A stretch of 64,000 bases of DNA from Thermoplasmata archaeon (lineage in GTDB: Archaea > Thermoplasmatota > Thermoplasmata > Lutacidiplasmatales > UBA184): positions 24,393 through 88,392 of the forward strand of contig JAJZYB010000003.1 of the NCBI GenBank assembly GCA_021806135.1, written 5' to 3'. Positions within the stretch are counted from its first letter, which is position 1. Every line of letters begins with the position of its first letter. The notes under the pieces are model-generated. The model searched no databases and was not told the DNA's origin. It worked only from the letters and a program-made list of their open reading frames with translations. This document shows, piece after piece, positions 28,414-39,500 of this stretch. Position numbers and translations under genes: made by a program.

Positions 28414-29109
28414 ATGGTGCGCGTAGAGGATGCGGTGGTCGCCCGCTTGGTGCACGCCGGGAACCATTACGAGGTCCTGGTGGACCCCACCGCCGTGCAG
28501 GCGCTGAAGGACGGCAAGGAGGTGGACCTCCGGGACCGGCTCGCCCAGGACCACATCTACAAGGACGCTCGCAAGGGGGACAAGATCTCGGACGAGTTCT
28601 TGGAGAAGCAGTTCCACACCCGGGACGTCTACGCCATCGCCCGGGAGATCATCCAGAAGGGGGAGGTGCAGGTCACCACCGAGCAACGCCGTGCGTTGGC
28701 GGAGACGAAGCGCCGGCAGCTGGTGGACTACGTGGCGCGCAACGCCATCAACCCCCAGACGAATGCTCCCCACCCTCCGGCGCGCATCGAAGCGGCGATG
28801 GAGGAGGTGAAGTTCCACGTGGACCCCTTCCGTCCCATGGAGCCGCAGGTGGAGGAGCTCCTCCAGCGGCTCCGGCCGCTCCTGCCGATCCGGCTGGAGC
28901 GGGTGAAGTTCCGCATCCGCGTGCCGGCGCAGTACTACCCACGGGTGATCGGCGAGATCAAGTCCGCTGGCCGTTTGCTCTCCGAGGAGTGGGGACCCGA
29001 CGGCTCGTACGGATGCGTGGTGGAGATCCCGGGCGGGGTCCAGCAGGACCTCGCCGAACGGCTGAATGCGCGGACGAAGGGCGCGGCCGAGACCGGCATG
29101 GTTAAATAA
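28414..29109 (+). CDS. Ribosome maturation factor SBDS/Sdo1
   Basis: YEVLVDP, IYKDARKG, KGEVQVTTEQRR, NPQTNAPHPPARIE. Canonical position in the exosome operon. Confidence 0.95.
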   Translation: MVRVEDAVVARLVHAGNHYEVLVDPTAVQALKDGKEVDLRDRLAQDHIYKDARKGDKISDEFLEKQFHTRDVYAIAREIIQKGEVQVTTEQRRALAETKRRQLVDYVARNAINPQTNAPHPPARIEAAMEEVKFHVDPFRPMEPQVEELLQRLRPLLPIRLERVKFRIRVPAQYYPRVIGEIKSAGRLLSEEWGPDGSYGCVVEIPGGVQQDLAERLNARTKGAAETGMVK

Positions 29110-29152
29110 GCCGGACCGGCTCGCCGCGTCCCGTACCGAGAACGATCAGCCA

Positions 29153-30127
29153 ATGGGAGACCAGTCGTCTCCTTCCTCCACGTCCGAACGATCCGGCCGC
29201 AGGAGAGAGGGAGGCCACGGCAGGGACCGTGGCAGGAGGGACCATCCGGGTCCCGGCCGCCGGGGAGGAGGGGAGGATTCCCGTCACCGTGACCGGGGGC
29301 GGCCCGGTGGGCGCGGCCCGCCCCGGGATGACCGGGGGGGTGGACGGCGCTTCTTCGGTCCCCGGGAGGGCCACGAACGGCGGCTCGGCGGCGGGGGCGC
29401 TCCCGAGGCGACGGGCGAGCGGGTCTTGGTTCTTCCCGGTGAGGAGCTCAAGGTCAGCGGCTTGAGGCCGGGGTTCGGAACGTACCGGGAGGATGGCCGT
29501 CTTTACGCCTCCGTGATGGGGCTGTTGAGCGCCCGGCCCCCTTTCGCCCGGGTGATCCCCCTGGCGGGACGCTACATCCCGCAGAAGGACGACTTAGTCC
29601 TCGGGGTGGTCCAGGCGGTCGGCCCCACCTACTGGCTCTTGGACATCCGGGCGCCCCACTTCACCCCTCTGCACGTGAGCGGGGTCCCCTGGCAACTGGA
29701 CTACGGCGAGACCGTGGAGTACCTCCGGCCGGGGGAGACCGTGCTGGTCCGGGTGGAAGGGCTCGACGAGAACCGTCGGGTGGGGGTCAGCATGAGCGGG
29801 CCGAACCTGGGCAAGCTCGATGGCGGGTTCCTGGTGGAGATCTCCCCTTCCAAGGTCCCCCGGGTGATCGGGAAGAGCGGGAGCATGATCCAGCTCATCC
29901 AGGGCTCCACCGGCGCCCGGCTCGTGGTGGGCCAGAACGGGCGCGTCTGGATCGAAGGCGGTCCGGAGCAGATCCGGAAGGTCCGGGAGGTCCTGCAGCT
30001 CATCGATGAGGAGGGGCAACGCCGGGGTCTCACCGACCGGGTGAAGGCCCTCCTCGCTGCCCAGGGCTCCGGGGGCCGGGGTTCGGACGCTTCTTTCCAG
30101 GACCAAGCGGAAGAAGAGAAGGAGTGA
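29153..30127 (+). CDS. rrp4: Exosome complex RNA-binding protein Rrp4 (with long N-terminal R/G-rich extension)
   Basis: [18 protein letters not shown] (S1), [13 protein letters not shown] and VGQNGRVWI (KH), GLTDRV. Confidence 0.93.
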   Translation: MGDQSSPSSTSERSGRRREGGHGRDRGRRDHPGPGRRGGGEDSRHRDRGRPGGRGPPRDDRGGGRRFFGPREGHERRLGGGGAPEATGERVLVLPGEELKVSGLRPGFGTYREDGRLYASVMGLLSARPPFARVIPLAGRYIPQKDDLVLGVVQAVGPTYWLLDIRAPHFTPLHVSGVPWQLDYGETVEYLRPGETVLVRVEGLDENRRVGVSMSGPNLGKLDGGFLVEISPSKVPRVIGKSGSMIQLIQGSTGARLVVGQNGRVWIEGGPEQIRKVREVLQLIDEEGQRRGLTDRVKALLAAQGSGGRGSDASFQDQAEEEKE

Positions 30128-30891
30128 GGAAAGTGGGAAGCGTAGGCGCCAAGGAGATCCCGCAGTTGCTGGATTCCAATGGGAAGCGGATCGACGGACG
30201 GGGTCTCGAGGACCTCCGGCCGCTGAAGATCGAGGCCGGAGTGCTCCGCCGGGCCGACGGATCGGCCCTGGTGGAGTGGGGCGAGAACAAGGTCATGGCC
30301 GCGGTCTACGGACCCCGGGAGGTCCACCCCCGGCACCTGCAGCAGACCACCAAGGCCGTGGTGCAGTGCCGGTACAACATGGCCTCCTTCTCCGTGGACG
30401 AACGCAAGCGCCCCGGGCTCGACCGGCGCAGCCAGGAGATCAGCAAGGTGATCAGCGAGGCGTTCGAGTCCGTGCTCTTCGTGGAGGAGTACCCCCGGAC
30501 CTCCATCGACATCTACATCGAGGTGCTCCAGGCGAACGCGGGCACCCGGTGTGCCGGCGTGGTGGCCGCGAGCGTGGCCTTAGCCGATGCCGGCATCCCC
30601 ATGGTGGACCTCATCCCTGCGGTGGCGGTGGGGAAGGTGGCCGGCAAGATCGCCCTGGACTTGAAGAAGGAAGAGGACAACTACGGGGAGGCGGACCTCC
30701 CCATGGCCCTGGTCCCCCGGAGCGGGCGGCTCGTCCTCCTGCAGATGGAGGGCCACATGACCCGGGAGGAGCTTGCCCAGGCCCTGGACCTCGGGGTACG
30801 GGGCTGCCTTCAGATCTACCAGGTCCAGAAGGAGGCCCTGCGCACCCGCTACAGCCTGGAGAGTGTCCCTTCCGCGGGGGTGGAAGCATGA
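30124..30891 (+). CDS. rrp41: Exosome complex exonuclease Rrp41
   Basis: [54 protein letters not shown]. Confidence 0.96.
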   Translation: MRKVGSVGAKEIPQLLDSNGKRIDGRGLEDLRPLKIEAGVLRRADGSALVEWGENKVMAAVYGPREVHPRHLQQTTKAVVQCRYNMASFSVDERKRPGLDRRSQEISKVISEAFESVLFVEEYPRTSIDIYIEVLQANAGTRCAGVVAASVALADAGIPMVDLIPAVAVGKVAGKIALDLKKEEDNYGEADLPMALVPRSGRLVLLQMEGHMTREELAQALDLGVRGCLQIYQVQKEALRTRYSLESVPSAGVEA

Positions 30892-31667
30892 CCGACGAGG
30901 TCAGCGCCGAGATCCTGGCCACCCACCTGCTGGAGCTCGCCAAGGGGGGGAAGCGCCTGGACGGACGGGGGATGGACGAGTTGCGGCCGGTGAAGATCAC
31001 CAAGGGATTCGTCACGAGCGCGGACGGGAGCGCGCTGGTGGACCTGGGGGGCACCAAGGTCCTCTGCGGCGTCAAGCTGGAGATGGGCAGCCCCTTCGGC
31101 GACACCCCCAACGCGGGGGTGCTCACCACCAACGCCGAGCTGGTCCCTCTCTCCTCCCCGGCCTACGAGCCCGGCCCGCCGAGCCTGCAGAGCATCGAGG
31201 TCTCGCGCGTCGTGGACCGGGCCATCCGGGCGGCCGAAGCGGTGGACCTCGCGGGCCTCTCGGTGGTCCCGGGCGAGAAATGCTGGATCTGCTACGTCGA
31301 CATCCACATCCTGGACGATCTGGGGAACCTCATCGACGCCGCGCTGCTGGCGGCCTCCTCCGCGCTGAGCGCGGCGGTGCTCCCGGCGAAGCGCTTCGGC
31401 GTTGGGGAGGATGCCCCGCTCACGGTGAAGCACGTCCCCATCGAGACCACCTTCGTTCGGCTGGGGGAAAGCCTTTTGGTCGATCCCACCAGCGAGGAAG
31501 AGGCGGCCTGCCAGGGCCGGCTGACCATCGCCACGGACGAGGAAGGGAACGTGTGCGCCATGCAGAAGGGCAAGGTGGGAGCCTTCTCTCCCCAGGACGT
31601 GGTGAGCCTGGCGGAGCGGGCGCAGGCCCACGGCGACCGGCTTCGGGCCCTCATCCGGGAGGGTTGA
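30888..31667 (+). CDS. rrp42: Exosome complex protein Rrp42
   Basis: From ATG 30888: [46 protein letters not shown]. Confidence 0.95.
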   Translation: MTDEVSAEILATHLLELAKGGKRLDGRGMDELRPVKITKGFVTSADGSALVDLGGTKVLCGVKLEMGSPFGDTPNAGVLTTNAELVPLSSPAYEPGPPSLQSIEVSRVVDRAIRAAEAVDLAGLSVVPGEKCWICYVDIHILDDLGNLIDAALLAASSALSAAVLPAKRFGVGEDAPLTVKHVPIETTFVRLGESLLVDPTSEEEAACQGRLTIATDEEGNVCAMQKGKVGAFSPQDVVSLAERAQAHGDRLRALIREG

Positions 31668-31672
31668 GCCCC

Positions 31673-31996
31673 ATGTCCAAGCGAACGAAGAAGGTGGGGC
31701 GCACGGGCTGGATGGGTCCCCGCTACGGGATCCGGGTCCGTCGGCGGGTGCTGGAGATCGACCGGGCCCGGGACCAGTCCTACGCGTGCCCGAAGTGCTC
31801 CACGGTGACGCTGCGGCGCTCGGGAAGCGGGATCTACGAGTGCCACCGCTGCCACACCTCCTTCGCCTCGGACGCTTATGTCTTCCACCCCGCCCCCGCG
31901 CTCTTCAGGAGCGAGGAGATCGGGAAGGAGACGCCGCCTGCCGAGGGGAAGGCCCGGGCGGCCGCCGAGCGGCCCGGCGCTTCCAAGGCGGGCTGA
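31673..31996 (+). CDS. rpl37ae: 50S ribosomal protein L37Ae (eL43)
   Basis: MSKRTKKVG.TG..GPRYG, CPKC...GIYECHRC. Carries a C-terminal extension. Confidence 0.93.
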   Translation: MSKRTKKVGRTGWMGPRYGIRVRRRVLEIDRARDQSYACPKCSTVTLRRSGSGIYECHRCHTSFASDAYVFHPAPALFRSEEIGKETPPAEGKARAAAERPGASKAG

Positions 31997-32051
31997 GACC
32001 CCGCTCGGACTAGGCAAGGGTTAAGCCCGGAAAAGGATAGAACGGAGGGTC

Positions 32052-32186
32052 ATGTTCCGCTGCATCCGCTGCCACGAGCCCTTGCCCTCCGATGCCGGTG
32101 TCTTTGGGGTCCGCTGCGACAACTGCGGGGGCAAGGTGTTCTACAAGGAGCACCCGAACGTCAAGAAGGTCCTCAAGGCCCGCTGA
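32052..32186 (+). CDS. rpoP: DNA-directed RNA polymerase subunit P (Rpo12)
   Basis: Below the ORF-track cutoff: MFRCIRCHEPLPSDAGVFGVRCDNCGGKVFYKEHPNVKKVLKAR. Canonical position after rpl37ae. Confidence 0.92.
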   Translation: MFRCIRCHEPLPSDAGVFGVRCDNCGGKVFYKEHPNVKKVLKAR

Positions 32187-32660
32187 GGGCCTGTCTTCCA
32201 GTTCCGCCGCTGGATCTGGGAACCCGCCCGGCTGGGAAGGGTGGACTTCGCCGGTGACGGGTCGTCCGTGCGGCCGCCGGCGCGCCCAGGCGCGGGATCC
32301 TCCTCATCCCTTTCGCGGTTCAGAGCCCCCTCGCGGGAGCCTCGGGACAGCTCGCACTGGGGAACGGCCTCCCCTTCGCAGGCAGGTTCCCGGCGCTGCA
32401 GCAGCCGGGGGTGGAGGGGCTGGGGTCCTGGCCACCGGGGTCACCCTCTCGTTCCCGGTCATGCGGGTGCTCTCGGGGTCCCTGCAGCGGATCACCCAGG
32501 ACCATACCGGGGTCAGACCTGCCCCTCCGTGGAACGGGCGGGAAGAGAGGGTGGCACGTCGGCGAGTGCCCTCACGGACGTGCCCCGGGGCACCATGGGG
32601 CGGACTCCCGGGGCGGGGGGACAGGCTTTGACCCCTCCCCCCTTCCCAGGAGAGGCGGGC

Positions 32661-33353
32661 ATGAACGGACGCCGGCTTCCCTTTGGGGTGGAGACCTTGG
32701 ATGCCCTCCTCGACGGGGGCATCGAGGCCGGTTCGTTGACCCAACTCTACGGGGAGGGAGGGTCGGGGAAGACCAACCTCTGCCTGGCACTCAGCGTGGA
32801 AGCCGCGCTGGAGGGCCGCTGGACCATCTACCTCGACACCGAGGGGCTCTCTCTGGCCCGGCTCGACCAGATGGCCCGGGGAAGAGGGACCACCCTTTCC
32901 GCGGTCCTCCGCCGCCTCCTGGTGACCACCCCCCGGACCCTCGAGGAGCAGGAACGCTCCGTGGAGCGCGCCTGCGCGCTGGCCTCCCAGCGCGACCGGC
33001 AGGTGGGGCTGCTCGTCCTCGATTCGGCGACCCTCCTTTATCGCCTGGACCTTGGGATGGAGCAGGAGGGGCTCTCCCGCCAGTCCCTGACCCAGCAGAT
33101 GGCCGACCTGCTCCACACCGCGGTGGAGCTCCAGGTTCCCGTGGTCTTCACGAACCAGGTCTTCCGGAACCCCGAGACCCGGGATCTCGAGCCCATCGGG
33201 GGGTCCTTCCTCCAGCACGCCTCGAAGACCCTGATCCGCTTGGACCGGGGCCAGGACGGGTGGCGCCGGGCCGTCCTTCTGAAGCATCGCTCCTTGCCGG
33301 AGGGAGGGATGGCCGAGTTCCGTCTGACGGACCGGGGGTTGGGGGTCTCCTAG
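32661..33353 (+). CDS. radB: DNA repair and recombination protein RadB
   Basis: LDALLDGGIE, GEGGSGKT, DTEGLS, VLDS, TNQV, PIGG, KHRS motif. Start at ATG 32661. Confidence 0.93.
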   Translation: MNGRRLPFGVETLDALLDGGIEAGSLTQLYGEGGSGKTNLCLALSVEAALEGRWTIYLDTEGLSLARLDQMARGRGTTLSAVLRRLLVTTPRTLEEQERSVERACALASQRDRQVGLLVLDSATLLYRLDLGMEQEGLSRQSLTQQMADLLHTAVELQVPVVFTNQVFRNPETRDLEPIGGSFLQHASKTLIRLDRGQDGWRRAVLLKHRSLPEGGMAEFRLTDRGLGVS

Positions 33354-33404
33354 GGCCCCGGGCAGGAGGGGACCGGCGAGGGCCGGAGCCGCCCACGACC
33401 CGGT

Positions 33405-36400
33405 TCACGACTCCGCGGAGGATCTCGGCAGGGTCCGGCAGTCGCAGTACGGGTCCGGGCACTCCGGTGGGAGATCCTGGGCGCGCAGTGTGCTCCGCAT
33501 CCTCTCCAGCGTCTGAGAGAGTTCCTGCCGGAACCGCGTAAGCTCCTCGTTGGTGAGCATCCAGAAGTGTCCTCTCCCATCCGGGGGGTGGAACACCCCC
33601 ACCTCGATCGGGGCCGGCAGCGCGAGAGCGTAGCAGGAGAGCTGGAAACCGAAGCGCTCCCGGGCCTCCCCGATCTCGGCGGGGACGTCCCCGGTCTTGT
33701 AGTCCACCAGTCGGGGAGGCTGCAGGGAAGGGAAGTACGCATCCCACCGGCCGTGGACCGACCCATGCTCCGTCACCACCGTGACCTCCTCCTCGCGGAT
33801 CACCGGCCCCGGGAACCGGTCCTCCACCGAGCGGGTGAGCCTCACCCAGTCCTCGACCGGATCGCCCGCGTCCCCGCCGGGCAAGGGTGGCTTCCCGGCC
33901 CGATGGATCCGTTCATGGAAACGGATGCCCTGCTCCCGGGCCGTCCTTTCCGGGGCTCCTGTGCCTTCCCGGCCTTCCCGGGGCTCCTTCCCGCCCGGGA
34001 GGCGTCCCGCCCGGAAGCCTTCCTGGAGGAGGACGAACGCCCGGGGGCAACGGTGGAAGAGCTCGACCTCGGAGACCGTCCAGGAGACCTCGGGGGGGAT
34101 CCACAGGGAGGGGCCCGCCCATCGGACAAGAGGCGGGTCCCTCGAAGCGGGCAGCCCCTCCATCGAGGGCGAAGGGGGGGACATCCCCGGGGTTGCGCCC
34201 GTCCTAACCGCTCCCGGGGAGAGGGACCCGCCCCCCGGCATCCCCGCGGCCGGGAGCATCCGGCTGAGCGCCTGATGCCATCGCTCCAGCCGGTGGATCC
34301 GCACGCTCCCGCGGGGATCCCCCACCCCGGTCACCAACAGGTGCGTCATGGCCCGGGTCATCCCCACGTAAAGCAGCCTCTCTGCCTCCGCCTGCTCGGC
34401 GGCGTGGAGCTCCTCTTCCAAGGGGCTACGGGCCCCGGGAGGGCGCAGGGGGGCGTCCGGATGGTCGGTGGGCAAACGGAATTCGACCTCCCGTCCCGTG
34501 GGAGAGACCAGCAGGCGGTCAGAGAGCGCCTTCCACTGTCGGTGGGTCTGGGGCAGGACGACCACCGGGAACTGGAGACCCTTGGCTCCATGCACGCTCA
34601 GCACGTTCACCGCCTCCCGGGCCAACTCGACCTCCGCCTCCCCCTCGTCCTCTCCCGAGCGCATCCACTCGGTGAGCTTCCCGCGGATGCCCTCCAGGGT
34701 GGACACCCCCTCCCGGGTGAGCTCGCGGATACGGTCCAGGAGCTTCTCCACGTTGGCCAAGGCCAGACCACCCCGGTCGTCGTCGGCCAGCGGGGCCCAG
34801 GCACCGAGGCGGTCCAGGGCCTCCCGGATCAGGGCGGCGGGGGGAAGATCGCCGGTCCGGGCGCTCAGGTCCTCCAGAAGGTGCCACGAAGCGGCCACCG
34901 GCCCGTCCGGTTCCTCCCGGGCGGCGTTCTCGAAAGCGAGCCGGAGCGACGCTCCGGCGGGCACCCCCGCGAACCAGTCGGCGATCTCGGGATCGGAGAA
35001 GGCGAAGTACGGCGATCGGAGCAGCGCGTAGAGGGAGACGGTGTCTTCCGGGGCCACCAACGTGGACACGAGGTTGAGGACGTCCAGCACCTCTTGGCGC
35101 CTCAGGAACCCCCGGCTCTGTCCGGGAACGGCCGGGATCTTTCGCCGCCTGAGCTCCCGGAGGAAGAGTCCCTGGTGGGTCCGGGCCGACAAGAGAATGG
35201 CCACGTCCCCCGGTCCCAGTGGATGCGGATCCTCTCCATCGTCCGCCCGCCAGGGAGGGACCATCCCTCCCTGCCGGAGCCGCTTTTCGATCCAGTCCGC
35301 CACGAAACGCGCTTCCCGGTCATCGTCGGGGGAAGGACGGAAGAGCACGCCGAGCGGGGTGGGGTCCACCACCGCCGGCCCCGGCACCCCTGGAGAAAGC
35401 GCTCCCGCGCGGGACCCGGATCTCGCCCGGTGCTCTTCCGGCAGGAAGAGGAACTGAACCTCGGTGCGGTAGGTCACTTCGGGCGCCTCCACCGGCGTGT
35501 AGGGGAATTCCGCGTTCCGGAAGAGCTCGATGAACCCCGCGTTCACCGTCCTGAGCAGCGGGTCCGCGAACCGGTGCGTCTCCGCCAACGTGGTCCGTCG
35601 CGCCGAGGGCAACCGTTGCTCCACCTGGCGCAGGGTGCCCACCGCCCCCCGGAACCCGTAGATGGACTGGTGGGGGTCCCCCACCGCGAAGAGGGTCCGG
35701 GCTCCGGGGTGCTCCGGTCCCCGCAGGGCGAGGATGAGCTCCACCTGCCTCAGGGAAGTGTCCTGGAACTCGTCCACCAGCAGGTGGTGGATGGTTCCCC
35801 TGATCCGTTGTCCCGTTTCCTCTTCCCGGACGAGCGCGAGGGTCTGGGCCTCCAGATCGTCGAAGGTGAGGACCGAGCCGGCCCGTTCGGCTTCCCGAAA
35901 GGTCTCTTGGGTCTCCCTCACGAGAAGGCTCAGGGCCTGGAGCCGGCGGGGATGTCCGGGATCCGGGGACCTGCCGGTCCGGAGCTCCCGGTCGGCCTGG
36001 TCGAGGAGGTCCTCGGTCCGGAGCTCGAAGCCCCGTGTCATTCGACCGAGGACCAGTTCCCGGACCGCGTCCGGCCCGTAGGTGGAAGCGAGCTCCAGGT
36101 ACGCCTCCCAGGCCATGCCCCCGGAACGGAAGAGCCGCTGTCGCGTCGCCTCCCAGCTCTCCTCGCGGAGCGTGGCGGAGTCCGCTTCCTCGAGGATATC
36201 GAATCCGAGGGGAACGCCCAGCCGGAGCGCGCGCTGGGGGTGCTCGCGCAAGAGGCGGGCGCAGGCCCCGTGGATGGTCCCGATCCTTCCCGCTGGGAGG
36301 GCATCGAGCACCTCCTTCCAGTAGGCGCGGCCGGGCGCGTCGGGGACTCCTTGACGTTCGAGCCGGACCGCCTGCTCGATCCGGCGTTGAAGCTCGTTGG

Positions 36401-36587
36401 CCGAGGCCCGGGTGAACGTGATGACCAGGAGAGACCCCACCGCCTCCCGTCCGTTCTTCCCGTCGGCCCGCCCCAGGCGGAGGATCCGCAGGACCCGCTC
36501 CACCAGCGCCCGGGTCTTCCCCGTCCCGGCCCCGGCCACGACGATCTCGTCCCCCAGCCCGGGGGAAGCGGTGCCCGGCAGGCTCAT
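33405..36587 (-). CDS. AddA-like UvrD helicase with C-terminal PD-(D/E)XK nuclease
   Basis: AGAGTGKT, TIHG, VDEFQDT, VGDPHQSIYGFRGA, SVHGAKGLQF, LYVGMTRA; nuclease GRWD...VDYKTG...QLSCY. The start ATG overlaps the upstream stop (ATGA). Confidence 0.9.
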   Translation of the reverse strand: MSLPGTASPGLGDEIVVAGAGTGKTRALVERVLRILRLGRADGKNGREAVGSLLVITFTRASANELQRRIEQAVRLERQGVPDAPGRAYWKEVLDALPAGRIGTIHGACARLLREHPQRALRLGVPLGFDILEEADSATLREESWEATRQRLFRSGGMAWEAYLELASTYGPDAVRELVLGRMTRGFELRTEDLLDQADRELRTGRSPDPGHPRRLQALSLLVRETQETFREAERAGSVLTFDDLEAQTLALVREEETGQRIRGTIHHLLVDEFQDTSLRQVELILALRGPEHPGARTLFAVGDPHQSIYGFRGAVGTLRQVEQRLPSARRTTLAETHRFADPLLRTVNAGFIELFRNAEFPYTPVEAPEVTYRTEVQFLFLPEEHRARSGSRAGALSPGVPGPAVVDPTPLGVLFRPSPDDDREARFVADWIEKRLRQGGMVPPWRADDGEDPHPLGPGDVAILLSARTHQGLFLRELRRRKIPAVPGQSRGFLRRQEVLDVLNLVSTLVAPEDTVSLYALLRSPYFAFSDPEIADWFAGVPAGASLRLAFENAAREEPDGPVAASWHLLEDLSARTGDLPPAALIREALDRLGAWAPLADDDRGGLALANVEKLLDRIRELTREGVSTLEGIRGKLTEWMRSGEDEGEAEVELAREAVNVLSVHGAKGLQFPVVVLPQTHRQWKALSDRLLVSPTGREVEFRLPTDHPDAPLRPPGARSPLEEELHAAEQAEAERLLYVGMTRAMTHLLVTGVGDPRGSVRIHRLERWHQALSRMLPAAGMPGGGSLSPGAVRTGATPGMSPPSPSMEGLPASRDPPLVRWAGPSLWIPPEVSWTVSEVELFHRCPRAFVLLQEGFRAGRLPGGKEPREGREGTGAPERTAREQGIRFHERIHRAGKPPLPGGDAGDPVEDWVRLTRSVEDRFPGPVIREEEVTVVTEHGSVHGRWDAYFPSLQPPRLVDYKTGDVPAEIGEARERFGFQLSCYALALPAPIEVGVFHPPDGRGHFWMLTNEELTRFRQELSQTLERMRSTLRAQDLPPECPDPYCDCRTLPRSSAES

Positions 36588-39500
36588 CCTTCCCTCCGGA
36601 ACGTCCCCGCCAACCGTTCCGTGTCGAAACGGCAGCCCGAGGCGAAGGGACACCCGTCCGCGAACCGGCACCCTTCCCCGCCGGGGGAGACGAACATCCC
36701 GTTGAGCGGGAATCGCCCCTCCTCGATCCCCGACAGCGCTCTTCCCGCAAGGGCCCGCGCCCCTGCGACAAGCTCCCCCACCTGCCTTTCCGGGTCGCCC
36801 CGGGAGGACGTCAAGGAGAGCGCGGCGGCCCGCCCTGGGCGGCCGAGCCAGAGGTACCTCAAGCCTCCAGGGACGACCTTTCCAGCCACCGGGTCCTCGG
36901 GCAGGAGATCGGACAGGGCCGCGGCGTAGAGCGGAAGCTGGAGCGGAGGGAGCTCGCCCTTTCCCGGACGGGCGGGCGGCTTCGACCAGCCCGTCTTGAA
37001 GTCGTCCACCAGGAACCTTCCCGCCCGCCCCTGGTACCAACTCACCCGGTCCACCCGTCCGACCAGGGACCAGTCCCCCCCGGACCGCGATCCCATCCTC
37101 CACGCCGGAAGCGAGGGGGATCCGGGAGCGCTTCCGGCCCCCCGGGGTTGGGGTCCGAAGGCGAGCTCCACGTACGCGGGAGCATATTCCCCCGCGTCCG
37201 CCGCCAGGAGCTCCAGGGCCTGCCAGAGCACGCCGTCCCCCGGGCGCCCTGGCGGTCCAAGGAGGCGCTGACGGACCACTTCGAGACCCGGGGTCACCGG
37301 GCGGACCCGGCGCAGCTCCTCCTCGATCTGGCGCGCCCCCTGGGCCGCAAGCCCGGCCACCTCCGCACGCTCGATCGTCCGGAGACGCCCGTGGGAGTCC
37401 ACGACGCCCCGTTGGATCTCCTCGAGCACCTTGTGGAGGATCGTGCCGACGGCGCGTCGGTCGTAGTCCTCGACAAGGGGCTCCTCCGTGGGGAGGGCGA
37501 GCACATGGGTGAGGTAGAAGCGGAAAGGGCACTCGAGGTAGTCCTGGATCTGGTGGACGTTGACCTGGCCCCGGGCCGTCCAGCCCGCCACCCGGTCCTG
37601 GACGCTCCTTTCCCCCAGGGGCCCGTCCCAAGGGGTCTCCCGGGGCCGGTGCCGTCGGGCGCTCTCCGCACGAAGCCCCCGGGAAGCTCGCGAGAGCGCC
37701 TCGGGGAGGCCACCCCGGGTTACTCTCTTCCGTCCTCCCGCCGTCTCGGGCGGGGCTCCGTCCTCCGCCGTTGCTCCGAGCAGGATGGCATCCTTCCACG
37801 AGTAGACGGCCGGCCCGCGCACTGCCGGCGGCGGGCTCGGCCCCAAGCCGGTGGCAAAGGTCAATTCGGTGAGGAAGGGAGAGGGCAGGGTCTCTTCTCG
37901 GGCCACCCGACGGGGGTAGGAAAGGTCCAGGGAGCGGCGGGCCTGTCCCAGGAGAGTGAGGAAGACCTCCCGCTCCTGCGTCAGGAGATTGATCTCCCGG
38001 GGGAGGTCCAGGGCTCGGCGCGCCTCCGCCGGGATCAACGGGCTGGGCCCCGTCGAGGGGAACGCCCCCCGGCGGAGTCCGCCGACGAGCAGGTGATCCA
38101 CCGGGAGGATCGCGGCATCCCTCAGCCCGCTGACCGGGACCCCGAGCCGGAAGGGCCTTCCCGGGGCCCGGGCGAGCGAGAGGAGCAGGTCCACGAAGGC
38201 ACGGAGGTCCCGGACCGGCCACGGCTCGGTTGCCGGGGAGACCCCGAGCTCCCGGGCCCGGGAGAGAACGTCCCCCGGGTCGTTTCCCCCGTGGGCTGCA
38301 TCCCACGACGGCCCTTCCAGGGCGATCCGGGCGCTCCCGAGACGCTCCAGGAAGTCGAGGAGAGGCTGGGGCCGTGGTTCGGGAAGCGCTGCGAAGAGCT
38401 CCCCGAACCCCTTGGCCACATCAGTGAAGTCCTCCTCGCGCAGGGGGCGGGGGAGCCGGCCCAGCCGGGCGGGGGCATTCTCGACCAGCCGGGTGTAATC
38501 CTCCCGTCCCGACCGGGCCCCTGTGGCGAAGAGCACCCGCCGGACCGTCTCGACCGGTCGGTCGAAATACGCCGTGAGCCTCCCCCGGGAGTCCAGGGTC
38601 TGCAGCAGTTCGAGGACCGTCGGCAGGTCGAAATCCTCCTCCAGGACGGCCAGCAGGACCCGCAGCACCTGGGAGGAACGGTCGCTCCGGAGCTCCGGGC
38701 GTAGCTCGAGCCGGGGGCGGAGCCCGTACCGGGGGAAGACCTCGAGGACCCGGTCCGCATACCTCGGCAGGTCCGCCAGGGCCACCATCACCGAGGCCTT
38801 CGGGTCTGCGTCCAGCAACTCCCTCAGTCGGCGGGCAAGCCCCTCTACCTCGTCCTGTTCGTTCCGGTACGCGGTCAGGCGGACCGGGTCCGCCAAGGAG
38901 TTGCGCGTCCCCTCCGACGGGTCCTGCTGGATGGCTCGGAGGGTCGCCGGGGAGATGAGGAAGGGCGGGGACCCGGGCCCTTCCGTCGCGTTTCCTCCTT
39001 CCCCGGCGTCCAGATCCACCGACCGGGCCGCCCGTTGGAGCAGGAAGCCGCGGAGCGCGCGTTCGGCATGGCTCTGGGCGATCCAACCGTCGAGCACGAC
39101 GAGGGCGGGAGAGAAGGCTGCCTTCGCCAGCCGGCCCGGCAGGTCCCAGAGGTCCGCCCCGGAGGTGGTGGCTCCCCTGCGGTCCAACTCCTGTTGGAAC
39201 CCCTTCCAGCGTTCGACCAGTTCCCCGATCGATGGGGGAAACACGGGGGGAGGTCCAGGCCACCGTCCCTCCAGTTCCTTGATCCCCTGGTAGAGCTCCT
39301 CCAAGTAGCCGTTGGAGGGAAGCCCCCCTCCCCCGTCCCCGAGCCTTCGGGCAACCTGGGCCTGGAGCAGCCGGCTCTCGAGCTCAGGGAGGATCGGGCG
39401 GGGGGAGGGGAAGCGCTCCTGAAGCCCCTTCACGGTGAGGATCGTCCCGGTCCGGGCCGCTCCGCCGGCCAGGCGCGCGGCCTCCTCCTGGGCCCACCGG

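Noticed and set aside
36588-38306. Apparent 573-aa N-terminal extension of the AddA-like ORF (1633 aa)
   Set aside because: An alternate frame overlapping addB. The real start is ATG 36587, coupled to the addB stop.
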